Assembly: GCA_964057225.1 (NCBI GenBank)
Contig: OZ059894.1
Location: 18,972,001 to 19,036,000 of the forward strand
From: Auanema rhodensis
Taxonomy: Eukaryota > Animalia > Nematoda
Length of the DNA stretch: 64,000 bases
Direction of reading: 5' to 3'
A program made the translations under genes and the position numbers. The notes below the pieces were generated by a model that was not told the DNA's origin, searched no databases, and saw only the letters and a list, made by a program, of their open reading frames with translations. This document shows positions 41,957-55,559 of this stretch, one piece after another (positions within the stretch are counted from its first letter, which is position 1; every line of letters starts with the position of its first letter).

Positions 41957-43537
41957 AAATCCGCATCGAATGCACTATACTACATTGAGAAACGCTCAAT
42001 ACAAAAATTGGTTATGATCGTTTGAAAAATGATGCATTAGTGTATGTTGAGTTTCCATGTACACTCAACATTGCTTCCAAAAACATTTTGACAAAAATTT
42101 TTTCGAAAAATTTCAAAATAAATTAGCAAAAAATAGATGTTTTTAGATTCCTTTTTTCAAGGCAAAGACGATGGACAATGTTATTCAACGAAAAAATTAA
42201 TTCTTCAGGGTGAAAATCGAGGATATAAGTGTGAACTTATATCAGTTGATATCTCGGTGCATTTTTAAGCTAGCGCAAATCTGATAACACAGATCGACGC
42301 AGCTTAAAAATCCGCATCGAATGCACTATACTACATTGAGAAACGCTTATTACAAAAATTAGTTATGATCGTTTGAAAAATGATGCATTAGTGTATGTTG
42401 AGTTTCCATGTACACTCAACATTGCTTCCAAAAACATTTTGACAAAAATTTTTTCGAAAAAATTCAAAATAAATTAGCAAAAAATAGATGTTTTTAGATT
42501 CCTTTTTTCAAGGCAAAGACGATGGACAATGTTATTCAACGAAAAAATTAATTCTTCAGGGTGAAAATCGAGGATATAAGTGTGAACTTATATCAGTTGA
42601 TATCTCGGTGCATTTTTAAGCTAGCGCAAATCTGATAACACAGATCGACGCAGCTTAAAAATCCGCATCGAATGCACTATACTACATTGAGAAACGCTTA
42701 ATACAAAAATTAGTTATGATCGTTTGAAAAATGATGCATTAGTGTATGTTGAGTTTCCATGTACACTCAACATTGCTTCCAAAAACATTTTGACAAAAAT
42801 TTTTTCGAAAAATTTCAAAATAAATTAGCAAAAAATAGATGTTTTTATATTCCTTTTTTCAAGGCAAAGACGATGGACAATGTTATTCAACGAAAAAATT
42901 AATTCTTCAGGGTGAAAATCGAGGATATAAGTGTGAACTTATATCAGTTGATATCTCGGTGCATTTTTAAGCTAGCGGAAATCTGATAACACAGATCGAC
43001 GCAGCTTAAAAATCCGCATCGAATGCACTATACTACATTGAGAAACGCTTAATACAAAAATTAGTTATGATCGTTTGAAAAATGATGCATTAGTGTATGT
43101 TGAGTTTCCATGTACACTCAACATTGCTTCCAAAAACATTTTGACAAAAATTTTTTCGAAAAATTTCAAAATAAATTAGCAAAAAATAGATGTTTTTAGA
43201 TTCCTTTTTTCAAGGCAAAGACAATGGACAATGTTATTCAACGAAAAAATTAATTCTTCAGGGTGAAAATCGAGGATATAAGTGTGAACTTATATCAGTT
43301 GATATCTCGGTGCATTTTTAAGCTAGCGCAAATCTGATAACACAGATCGACGCAGCTTAAAAATCCGCATCGAATGCACTATACTACATTGAGAAACGCT
43401 TAATACAAAAATTAGTTATGATCGTTTGAAAAATGATGCATTAGTGTATGTTGAGTTTCCATGTACACTCAACATTGCTTCCAAAAACATTTTGACAAAA
43501 CTTTTTTCGAAAAATTTCAAAATAAATTAGCAAAAAA

Positions 43538-46500
43538 TAGATGTTTTTAGATTCCTTTTTTCAAGGCAAAGACGATGGACAATGTTATTCAACGAAAAAA
43601 TTAATTCTTCAGGGTGAAAATCGAGGATATAAGTGTGAACTTATATCAGTTGATATCTCGGTGCATTTTTAAGCTAGCGCAAATCTGATAACACAGATCG
43701 ACGCAGCTTAAAAATCCGCATCGAATGCACTATACTACATTTAGAAACGCTTAATACAAAAATTAGTTATGATCGTTTGAAAAATGATGCATTAGTGCAT
43801 GTTGAGTTTCCATGTACACTCAACATTGCTTCCAAAAACATTTTGACAAAAATTTTTTCAAAAAATTTCAAAATAAATTAGCAAAAAGTAGATGTTTTTA
43901 GATTCCTTTTTTCAAGGCAAAGACGATGGACAATGTTATTCAACGAAAAAATTAATTCTTCAGGGTGAAAATCGAAGATATAAGTGTGAACTTATATCAG
44001 TTGATATCTCGGTGCATTTTTAAGCTAGCGCAAATCTGATAACACAGATCGACGCAGCTTAAAAATCCGCATCGAATGCACTATACTACATTGAGAAACG
44101 CTTAATACAAAAATTAGTTATGATCGTTTGAAAAATGATGCATTAGTGTATGTTGAGTTTCCATGTACACTCAACATTGCTTCCAAAAACATTTTGACAA
44201 AAATTTTTTCGAAAAATTTCAAAATAAATTAGCAAAAAATAGATGTTTTTAGATTCCTTTTTTCAAGGCAAAGACAATGGACAATGTTATTCAACGAAAA
44301 AATTAATTCTTCAGGGTGAAAATCGAGGATATAAGTGTGAACTTATATCAGTTGATATCTCGGTGCATTTTTAAGCTAGCGCAAATCTGATAACACAGAT
44401 CGACGCAGCTTAAAAATCCGCATCGAATGCACTATACTACATTGAGAAACGCTTAATACAAAAATTAGTTATGATCGTTTGAAAAATGATGCATTAGTGT
44501 ATGTTGAGTTTCCATGTACACTGAACATTGCTTCCAAAAACATTTTGACAAAACTTTTTTCGAAAAATTTCAAAATAAATTAGCAAAAAATAGATGTTTT
44601 TAGATTCCTTTTTTCAAGGCAAAGACGATGGACAATGTTATTCAACGAAAAAATTAATTCTTCAGGGTGAAAATCGAGGATATAAGTGTGAACTTATATC
44701 AGTTGATATCTCGGTGCATTTTTAAGCTAGCGCAAATCTGATAACACAGATCGACGCAGCTTAAAAATCCGCATCGAATGCACTATACTACATTGAGAAA
44801 CGCTTAATACAAAAATTAGTTATGATCGTTTGAAAAATGATGCATTAGTGTATGTTGAGTTTCCATGTACACTCAACATTGCTTCCAAAAACATTTTGAC
44901 AAAAATTTTTTCGAAAAATTTCAAAATAATTTAGCAAAAAGTAGATGTTTTTAGATTCCTTTTTTCAAGGCAAAGACGATGGACAATGTTTATCAACGAT
45001 AAAATTAATTATTCAGGGTGAAAATCGAGGATATAAGTGTGAACTTATATCAGTTGATATCTCGGTGCATTTTTAAGCTAGCGCAAATCTGATAACACAG
45101 ATCGACACAGCTTAAAAATCCGCATCGAATGCACTATACTACATTGAGAAACGCTCAATACAAAAATTAGTTATGATCGTTTGAAGAATGATGCATTAGT
45201 GTATGTTGAGTTTCCATGTACACTCAACATTGCTTCCAAAAACATTTTGACAAAAATTTTTTCGAAAAATTTCAAAATAATTTAGCAAAAAGTAGATGTT
45301 TTTAGATTCCTTTTTTCAAGGCAAAGACGATGGACAATGTTTATCAACGATAAAATTAATTATTCAGGGTGAAAATCGAGGATATAAGTGTGAACTTATA
45401 TCAGTTGATATCTCGGTGCATTTTTAAGCTAGCGCAAATCTGATAACACAGATCGACACAGCTTAAAAATCCGCATCGAATGCACTATACTACATTGAGA
45501 AACGCTCAATACAAAAATTAGTTATGATCGTTTGAAGAATGATGCATTAGTGTATGTTGAGTTTCCATGTACACTCAACATTGCTTCCAAAAACATTTTG
45601 ACAAAAATTTTTTCAAAAAATTTCAGAATAAATTAGCAAAAAGTAGATGTTTTTAGATTCCTTTTTTCAAGGCAAAGACGATGGACAATGTTATTCAACG
45701 AAAAAATTAATTCTTCAGGGTGAAAATCGAGGATATAAGTGTGAACTTATATCAGTTGATATCTCGGTGCATTTTTAAGCTAGCGCAAATCTGATAACAC
45801 AGATCGACGCAGCTTAAAAATCCGCATCGAATGCACTATACTACATTGAGAAACGCTTAATACAAAAATTAGTTATGATCGTTTGAAAAATGATGCATTA
45901 GTGTATGTTGAGTTTCCATGTACACTCAACATTGCTTCCAAAAACATTTTGACAAAAATTTTTTCAAAAAATTTCAAGATAAATTAGCAAAAAGTAGATG
46001 TTTTTAGATTCCTTTTTTCAAGGCAAAGACGATGGACAATGTTATTCAACGAAAAAATTAATTCTTCAGGGTGAAAATCGAGGATATAAGTGTGAACTTA
46101 TATCAGTTGATATCTCGGTGCATTTTTAAGCTAGCGCAAATCTGATAACACAGATCGACGCAGCTTAAAAATCCGCATCGAATGCACTATACTACATTGA
46201 GAAACGCTTAATACAAAAATTAGTTATGATCAATTGAAAAATGATGCATTAGTGTATGTTGAGTTTCCATGTACACTCAACATTGCTTCCAAAAACATTT
46301 TGACAAAAATTTTTTCGAAAAATTTCAAAATAATTTAGCAAAAAGTAGATGTTTTTAGATTCCATTTTTTAAGGCAAAGACGATGGACAATGTTATTCAA
46401 CGAAAAAATTAATTCTTCAGGGTGAAAATCGAGGATATAAGTGTGAACTTATATCAGTTGATATCTCGGTGCATTTTTAAGCTAGCGCAAATCTGATAAC

Positions 46501-49500
46501 ACAGATCGACGCAGCTTAAAAATCCGCATCGAATGCACTATACTACATTGAGAAACGCTTAATACAAAAATTAGTTATGATCAATTGAAAAATGATGCAT
46601 TAGTGTATGTTGAGTTTCCATGTACACTCAACATTGCTTCCAAAAACATTTTGACAAAAATTTTTTCGAAAAATTTCAGAATAATTTAGCAAAAAGTAGA
46701 TGTTTTTAGATTCCTTTTTTTAAGGCAAAGACGATGGACAATGTTATTCAACGAAAAAATTAATTCTTCAGGGTGAAAATCGAGGATATAAGTGTGAACT
46801 TATATCAGTTGATATCTCGGTGCATTTTTAAGCTAGCGCAAATCTGATAACACAGATCGACGCAGCTTAAAAATCCGCATCGAATGCACTATACTTCATC
46901 GAGAAACGCTTGATACAAAAATTAGTTATGATCGTTTGAAAAATGATGCATTAGTGTATGTTGAGTTTCCATGTACACTCAACATTGCTTCCAAAAACAT
47001 TTTGACAAAAATTTTTTCGAAAAATTTCAAAATAAATTAGCAAAAAGTAGATGTTTTTAGATTCCTTTTTTCAAGGCAAAGACGATGGACAATGTTATTC
47101 AACGAAAAAATTAATTCTTCAGGGTGAAAATCGAGGATATAAGTGTGAACTTATATCAGTTGATATCTCGGTGCATTTTTAAGCTAACTCAAATCTGATA
47201 ACACAGATCGACGCAGCTTAAAAATCCGCATCGAATGCACTATACTACATTGAGAAACGCTTAATACAAAAATTAGTTATGATCAATTGAAAAATGATGC
47301 ATTAGTGTATGTTGAGTTTCCATGTACACTCAACATTGCTTCCAAAAACATTTTGACAAAAATTTTTTCGAAAAATTTCAGAATAATTTAGCAAAAAGTA
47401 GATGTTTTTAGATTCCTTTTTTTAAGGCAAAGACGATGGACAATGTTATTCAACGAAAAAATTAATTCTTCAGGGTGAAAATCGAGGATATAAGTGTGAA
47501 CTTATATCAGTTGATATCTCGGTGCATTTTTAAGCTAGCGCAAATCTGATAACACAGATCGACGCAGCTTAAAAATCCGCATCGAATGCACTATACTTCA
47601 TCGAGAAACGCTTGATACAAAAATTAGTTATGATCGTTTGAAAAATGATGCATTAGTGTATGTTGAGTTTCCATGTACACTCAACATTGCTTCCAAAAAC
47701 ATTTTGACAAAAATTTTTTCGAAAAATTTCAAAATAAATTAGCAAAAAGTAGATGTTTTTAGATTCCTTTTTTCAAGGCAAAGACGATGGACAATGTTAT
47801 TCAACGAAAAAATTAATTCTTCAGGGTGAAAATCGAGGATATAAGTGTGAACTTATATCAGTTGATATCTCGGTGCATTTTTAAGCTAACTCAAATCTGA
47901 TAACACAGATCGACGCAGCTTAAAAATCCGCATCGAATGCACTATACTACATTGAGAAACGCTCAATACAAAAATTAGTTATGATCGTTTGAAAAATGAT
48001 GCATTAGTGTATGTTGAGTTTCCATGTACACTCAACATTGCTTCCAAAATATTTTGACAAAAATTTTTTCAAAAAATTTCAAAATAAAATAGCAAAAAGT
48101 AGATGTTTTTAGATTCCTTTTTTCAAGGCAAAGACGATGGACAATGTTATTCAACGAAAAAATTAATTCTTCAGGGTGAAAATCGAGGATATAAGTGTGA
48201 ACTTATATCAGTTGATATCTCGGTGCATTTTTAAGCTAGCGCAAATCTGATAACACAGATCGACGCAGCTTAAAAATCCGCATCGAATGCACTATACTAC
48301 ATTTAGAAACGCTCAATACAAAAATTAGTTATGATCGTTTGAAAAATGATGCATTAGTGTATGTTGAGTTTCCATGTACACTCAACATTGCTTCCAAAAA
48401 CATTTTGACAAAAATTTTTTCAAAAAATTTCAAAATAAATTAGCAAAAAGTAGATGTTTTTAGATTCCTTTTTTCAAGGCAAAGACGATGGACAATGTTA
48501 TTCAACGAAAAAATTAATTCTTCAGGGTGAAAATCGAGGATATAAGTGTGAACTTATATCAGTTGATATCTCGGTGCATTTTTAAGCTAGCGCAAATCTG
48601 ATAACACAGATCGACGCAGCTTAAAAATCCGCATCGAATGCACTATACTACATTTAGAAACGCTCAATACAAAAATTAGTTATGATCGTTTGAAAAATGA
48701 TGCATTAGTGTATGTTGAGTTTCCATGTACACTCAACATTGCTTCCAAAAACATTTTGACAAAAATTTTTTCAAAAAATTTCAAAATAAATTAGCAAAAA
48801 GTAGATGTTTTTAGATTCCTTTTTTCAAGGCAAAGACGATGGACAATGTTATTCAACGAAAAAATTAATTCTTCAGGGTGAAAATCGAAGATATAAGTGT
48901 GAACTTATATCAGTTGATATCTCGGTGCATTTGTAAGCTAGCGCAAATCTGATAACACAGATCGACGCAGCTTAAAAATCCGCATCGAATGCACTATACT
49001 ACATTGAGAAACGCTCAATACAAAAATTAGTTATGATCAATTGAAAAATGATGCATTAGTGTATGTTGAGTTTCCATGTACACTCAACATTGCTTCCAAA
49101 AACATTTTGACAAAAATTTTTTCAAAAAATTTCAAAATAAATTAGCAAAAAGTAGATGTTTTTAGATTCCTTTTTTCAAGGCAAAGACGATGGTACAATG
49201 TTATTCAACGAAAAAATTAATTCTTCAGGGTGAAAATCGAAGATATAAGTGTGAACTTATATCAGTTGATATCTCGGTGCATTTGTAAGCTAGCGCAAAT
49301 CTGATAACACAGATCGACGCAGCTTAAAAATCCGCATCGAATGCACTATACTACATTGAGAAACGCTCAATACAAAAATTAGTTATGATCAATTGAAAAA
49401 TGATGCATTAGTGTATGTTGAGTTTCCATGTACACTCAACATTGCTTCCAAAAACATTTTGACAAAAATTTTTTCAAAAAATTTCAAAATAAATTAGCAA

Positions 49501-52500
49501 AAAGTAGATGTTTTTAGATTCCTTTTTTCAAGGCAAAGACGATGGACAATGTTATTCAACGAAAAAATTAATTCTTCAGGGTGAAAATCGAGGATATAAG
49601 TGTGAACTTATATCAGTTGATATCTCGGTGCATTTTTAAGCTAGCGCAAATCTGATAACACAGATCGACGCAGCTTAAAAATCCGCATCGAATGCACTAT
49701 ACTACATTTAGAAACGCTTAATACAAAAATTAGTTATGATCGTTTGAAAAATGATGCATTAGTGCATGTTGAGTTTCCATGTACACTCAACATTGCTTCC
49801 AAAAACATTTTGACAAAAATTTTTTCAAAAAATTTCAAAATAAATTAGCAAAAAGTAGATGTTTTTAGATTCCTTTTTTCAAGGCAAAGACGATGGACAA
49901 TGTTATTCAACGAAAAAATTAATTCTTCAGGGTGAAAATCGAAGATATAAGTGTGAACTTATATCAGTTGATATCTCGGTGCATTTTTAAGCTAGCGCAA
50001 ATCTGATAACACAGATCGACGCAGCTTAAAAATCCGCATCGAATGCACTATACTACATTGAGAAACGCTTAATACAAAAATTAGTTATGATCGTTTGAAA
50101 AATGATGCATTAGTGTATGTTGAGTTTCCATGTACACTCAACATTGCTTCCAAAAACATTTTGACAAAAATTTTTTCGAAAAATTTCAAAATAAATTAGC
50201 AAAAAATAGATGTTTTTAGATTCCTTTTTTCAAGGCAAAGACAATGGACAATGTTATTCAACGAAAAAATTAATTCTTCAGGGTGAAAATCGAGGATATA
50301 AGTGTGAACTTATATCAGTTGATATCTCGGTGCATTTTTAAGCTAGCGCAAATCTGATAACACAGATCGACGCAGCTTAAAAATCCGCATCGAATGCACT
50401 ATACTACATTGAGAAACGCTTAATACAAAAATTAGTTATGATCGTTTGAAAAATGATGCATTAGTGTATGTTGAGTTTCCATGTACACTCAACATTGCTT
50501 CCAAAAACATTTTGACAAAACTTTTTTCGAAAAATTTCAAAATAAATTAGCAAAAAATAGATGTTTTTAGATTCCTTTTTTCAAGGCAAAGACAATGGAC
50601 AATGTTATTCAACGAAAAAATTAATTCTTCAGGGTGAAAATCGAGGATATAAGTGTGAACTTATATCAGTTGATATCTCGGTGCATTTTTAAGCTAGCGC
50701 AAATCTGATAACACAGATCGACGCAGCTTAAAAATCCGCATCGAATGCACTATACTACATTGAGAAACGCTTAATACAAAAATTAGTTATGATCGTTTGA
50801 AAAATGATGCATTAGTGTATGTTGAGTTTCCATGTACACTCAACATTGCTTCCAAAAACATTTTGACAAAACTTTTTTCGAAAAATTTCAAAATAAATTA
50901 GCAAAAAATAGATGTTTTTAGATTCCTTTTTTCAAGGCAAAGACGATGGACAATGTTATTCAACGAAAAAATTAATTCTTCAGGGTGAAAATCGAGGATA
51001 TAAGTGTGAACTTATATCAGTTGATATCTCGGTGCATTTTTAAGCTAGCGCAAATCTGATAACACAGATCGACGCAGCTTAAAAATCCGCATCGAATGCA
51101 CTATACTACATTGAGAAACGCTTAATACAAAAATTAGTTATGATCGTTTGAAAAATGATGCATTAGTGTATGTTGAGTTTCCATGTACACTCAACATTGC
51201 TTCCAAAAACATTTTGACAAAAATTTTTTCGAAAAATTTCAAAATAATTTAGCAAAAAGTAGATGTTTTTAGATTCCTTTTTTCAAGGCAAAGACGATGG
51301 ACAATGTTTATCAACGATAAAATTAATTATTCAGGGTGAAAATCGAGGATATAAGTGTGAACTTATATCAGTTGATATCTCGGTGCATTTTTAAGCTAGC
51401 GCAAATCTGATAACACAGATCGACACAGCTTAAAAATCCGCATCGAATGCACTATACTACATTGAGAAACGCTCAATACAAAAATTAGTTATGATCGTTT
51501 GAAGAATGATGCATTAGTGTATGTTGAGTTTCCATGTACACTCAACATTGCTTCCAAAAACATTTTGACAAAAATTTTTTCGAAAAATTTCAAAATAATT
51601 TAGCAAAAAGTAGATGTTTTTAGATTCCTTTTTTCAAGGCAAAGACGATGGACAATGTTTATCAACGATAAAATTAATTATTCAGGGTGAAAATCGAGGA
51701 TATAAGTGTGAACTTATATCAGTTGATATCTCGGTGCATTTTTAAGCTAGCGCAAATCTGATAACACAGATCGACACAGCTTAAAAATCCGCATCGAATG
51801 CACTATACTACATTGAGAAACGCTCAATACAAAAATTAGTTATGATCGTTTGAAGAATGATGCATTAGTGTATGTTGAGTTTCCATGTACACTCAACATT
51901 GCTTCCAAAAACATTTTGACAAAAATTTTTTCAAAAAATTTCAGAATAAATTAGCAAAAAGTAGATGTTTTTAGATTCCTTTTTTCAAGGCAAAGACGAT
52001 GGACAATGTTATTCAACGAAAAAATTAATTCTTCAGGGTGAAAATCGAGGATATAAGTGTGAACTTATATCAGTTGATATCTCGGTGCATTTTTAAGCTA
52101 GCGCAAATCTGATAACACAGATCGACGCAGCTTAAAAATCCGCATCGAATGCACTATACTACATTGAGAAACGCTTAATACAAAAATTAGTTATGATCGT
52201 TTGAAAAATGATGCATTAGTGTATGTTGAGTTTCCATGTACACTCAACATTGCTTCCAAAAACATTTTGACAAAAATTTTTTCAAAAAATTTCAAGATAA
52301 ATTAGCAAAAAGTAGATGTTTTTAGATTCCTTTTTTCAAGGCAAAGACGATGGACAATGTTATTCAACGAAAAAATTAATTCTTCAGGGTGAAAATCGAG
52401 GATATAAGTGTGAACTTATATCAGTTGATATCTCGGTGCATTTTTAAGCTAGCGCAAATCTGATAACACAGATCGACGCAGCTTAAAAATCCGCATCGAA

Positions 52501-55082
52501 TGCACTATACTACATTGAGAAACGCTTAATACAAAAATTAGTTATGATCAATTGAAAAATGATGCATTAGTGTATGTTGAGTTTCCATGTACACTCAACA
52601 TTGCTTCCAAAAACATTTTGACAAAAATTTTTTCGAAAAATTTCAAAATAATTTAGCAAAAAGTAGATGTTTTTAGATTCCATTTTTTAAGGCAAAGACG
52701 ATGGACAATGTTATTCAACGAAAAAATTAATTCTTCAGGGTGAAAATCGAGGATATAAGTGTGAACTTATATCAGTTGATATCTCGGTGCATTTTTAAGC
52801 TAGCGCAAATCTGATAACACAGATCGACGCAGCTTAAAAATCCGCATCGAATGCACTATACTACATTGAGAAACGCTTAATACAAAAATTAGTTATGATC
52901 AATTGAAAAATGATGCATTAGTGTATGTTGAGTTTCCATGTACACTCAACATTGCTTCCAAAAACATTTTGACAAAAATTTTTTCGAAAAATTTCAGAAT
53001 AATTTAGCAAAAAGTAGATGTTTTTAGATTCCTTTTTTTAAGGCAAAGACGATGGACAATGTTATTCAACGAAAAAATTAATTCTTCAGGGTGAAAATCG
53101 AGGATATAAGTGTGAACTTATATCAGTTGATATCTCGGTGCATTTTTAAGCTAGCGCAAATCTGATAACACAGATCGACGCAGCTTAAAAATCCGCATCG
53201 AATGCACTATACTTCATCGAGAAACGCTTGATACAAAAATTAGTTATGATCGTTTGAAAAATGATGCATTAGTGTATGTTGAGTTTCCATGTACACTCAA
53301 CATTGCTTCCAAAAACATTTTGACAAAAATTTTTTCGAAAAATTTCAAAATAAATTAGCAAAAAGTAGATGTTTTTAGATTCCTTTTTTCAAGGCAAAGA
53401 CGATGGACAATGTTATTCAACGAAAAAATTAATTCTTCAGGGTGAAAATCGAGGATATAAGTGTGAACTTATATCAGTTGATATCTCGGTGCATTTTTAA
53501 GCTAACTCAAATCTGATAACACAGATCGACGCAGCTTAAAAATCCGCATCGAATGCACTATACTACATTGAGAAACGCTTAATACAAAAATTAGTTATGA
53601 TCAATTGAAAAATGATGCATTAGTGTATGTTGAGTTTCCATGTACACTCAACATTGCTTCCAAAAACATTTTGACAAAAATTTTTTCGAAAAATTTCAGA
53701 ATAATTTAGCAAAAAGTAGATGTTTTTAGATTCCTTTTTTTAAGGCAAAGACGATGGACAATGTTATTCAACGAAAAAATTAATTCTTCAGGGTGAAAAT
53801 CGAGGATATAAGTGTGAACTTATATCAGTTGATATCTCGGTGCATTTTTAAGCTAGCGCAAATCTGATAACACAGATCGACGCAGCTTAAAAATCCGCAT
53901 CGAATGCACTATACTTCATCGAGAAACGCTTGATACAAAAATTAGTTATGATCGTTTGAAAAATGATGCATTAGTGTATGTTGAGTTTCCATGTACACTC
54001 AACATTGCTTCCAAAAACATTTTGACAAAAATTTTTTCGAAAAATTTCAAAATAAATTAGCAAAAAGTAGATGTTTTTAGATTCCTTTTTTCAAGGCAAA
54101 GACGATGGACAATGTTATTCAACGAAAAAATTAATTCTTCAGGGTGAAAATCGAGGATATAAGTGTGAACTTATATCAGTTGATATCTCGGTGCATTTTT
54201 AAGCTAACTCAAATCTGATAACACAGATCGACGCAGCTTAAAAATCCGCATCGAATGCACTATACTACATTGAGAAACGCTCAATACAAAAATTAGTTAT
54301 GATCGTTTGAAAAATGATGCATTAGTGTATGTTGAGTTTCCATGTACACTCAACATTGCTTCCAAAATATTTTGACAAAAATTTTTTCAAAAAATTTCAA
54401 AATAAAATAGCAAAAAGTAGATGTTTTTAGATTCCTTTTTTCAAGGCAAAGACGATGGACAATGTTATTCAACGAAAAAATTAATTCTTCAGGGTGAAAA
54501 TCGAGGATATAAGTGTGAACTTATATCAGTTGATATCTCGGTGCATTTTTAAGCTAGCGCAAATCTGATAACACAGATCGACGCAGCTTAAAAATCCGCA
54601 TCGAATGCACTATACTACATTTAGAAACGCTCAATACAAAAATTAGTTATGATCGTTTGAAAAATGATGCATTAGTGTATGTTGAGTTTCCATGTACACT
54701 CAACATTGCTTCCAAAAACATTTTGACAAAAATTTTTTCAAAAAATTTCAAAATAAATTAGCAAAAAGTAGATGTTTTTAGATTCCTTTTTTCAAGGCAA
54801 AGACGATGGACAATGTTATTCAACGAAAAAATTAATTCTTCAGGGTGAAAATCGAAGATATAAGTGTGAACTTATATCAGTTGATATCTCGGTGCATTTG
54901 TAAGCTAGCGCAAATCTGATAACACAGATCGACGCAGCTTAAAAATCCGCATCGAATGCACTATACTACATTGAGAAACGCTCAATACAAAAATTAGTTA
55001 TGATCAATTGAAAAATGATGCATTAGTGTATGTTGAGTTTCCATGTACACTCAACATTGCTTCCAAAAACATTTTGACAAAA
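43538..55082. repeat. Duplication of a 17-18-monomer unit: ~43538-49115 and ~49505-55082
   Basis: agtgCat 43798/49765 (+5967); gctaACTc 47183/53501 and 47885/54203 (+6318); ccaaaaTatt deletion variant; tttGtaag 48933/54900 (+5967). Confidence 0.9.
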
Positions 55083-55559
55083 GTTTTTTCGAAAAATTTC
55101 AGAATAATTTAGCAAAAAGTAGATGTTTTTAGATTCCTTTTTTTAAGGCAAAGACGATGGACAATGTTATTCAACGGAAAAATTAATTCTTCAGGGTGAA
55201 AATCGAGGATATAAGTGTGAACTTATATCAGTTGATATCTCGGTGAATTTTTAAGCTAGCGCAAATCTGATAACACAGATCGACGCAGCTTAAAAATCCG
55301 CATCGAATGCACTATACTACATTGAGAAACGCTTAATACAAAAATTAGTTATGATCGTTTGAAAAATGATGCATTATTGTATGTTGAGTTTCCATGTACA
55401 CTCAACATTGCTTCCAAAAACATTTTGACAAAAATTTTTTCAAAAAATTTCAAAATAAATTAGCAAAAAGTAGATGTTTTTAGATTCCTTTTTTCAAGGC
55501 AAAGACGATGGACGATGTTATTCAACGAAAAAATTAATTCTTCAGGGTGAAAATCGAAG

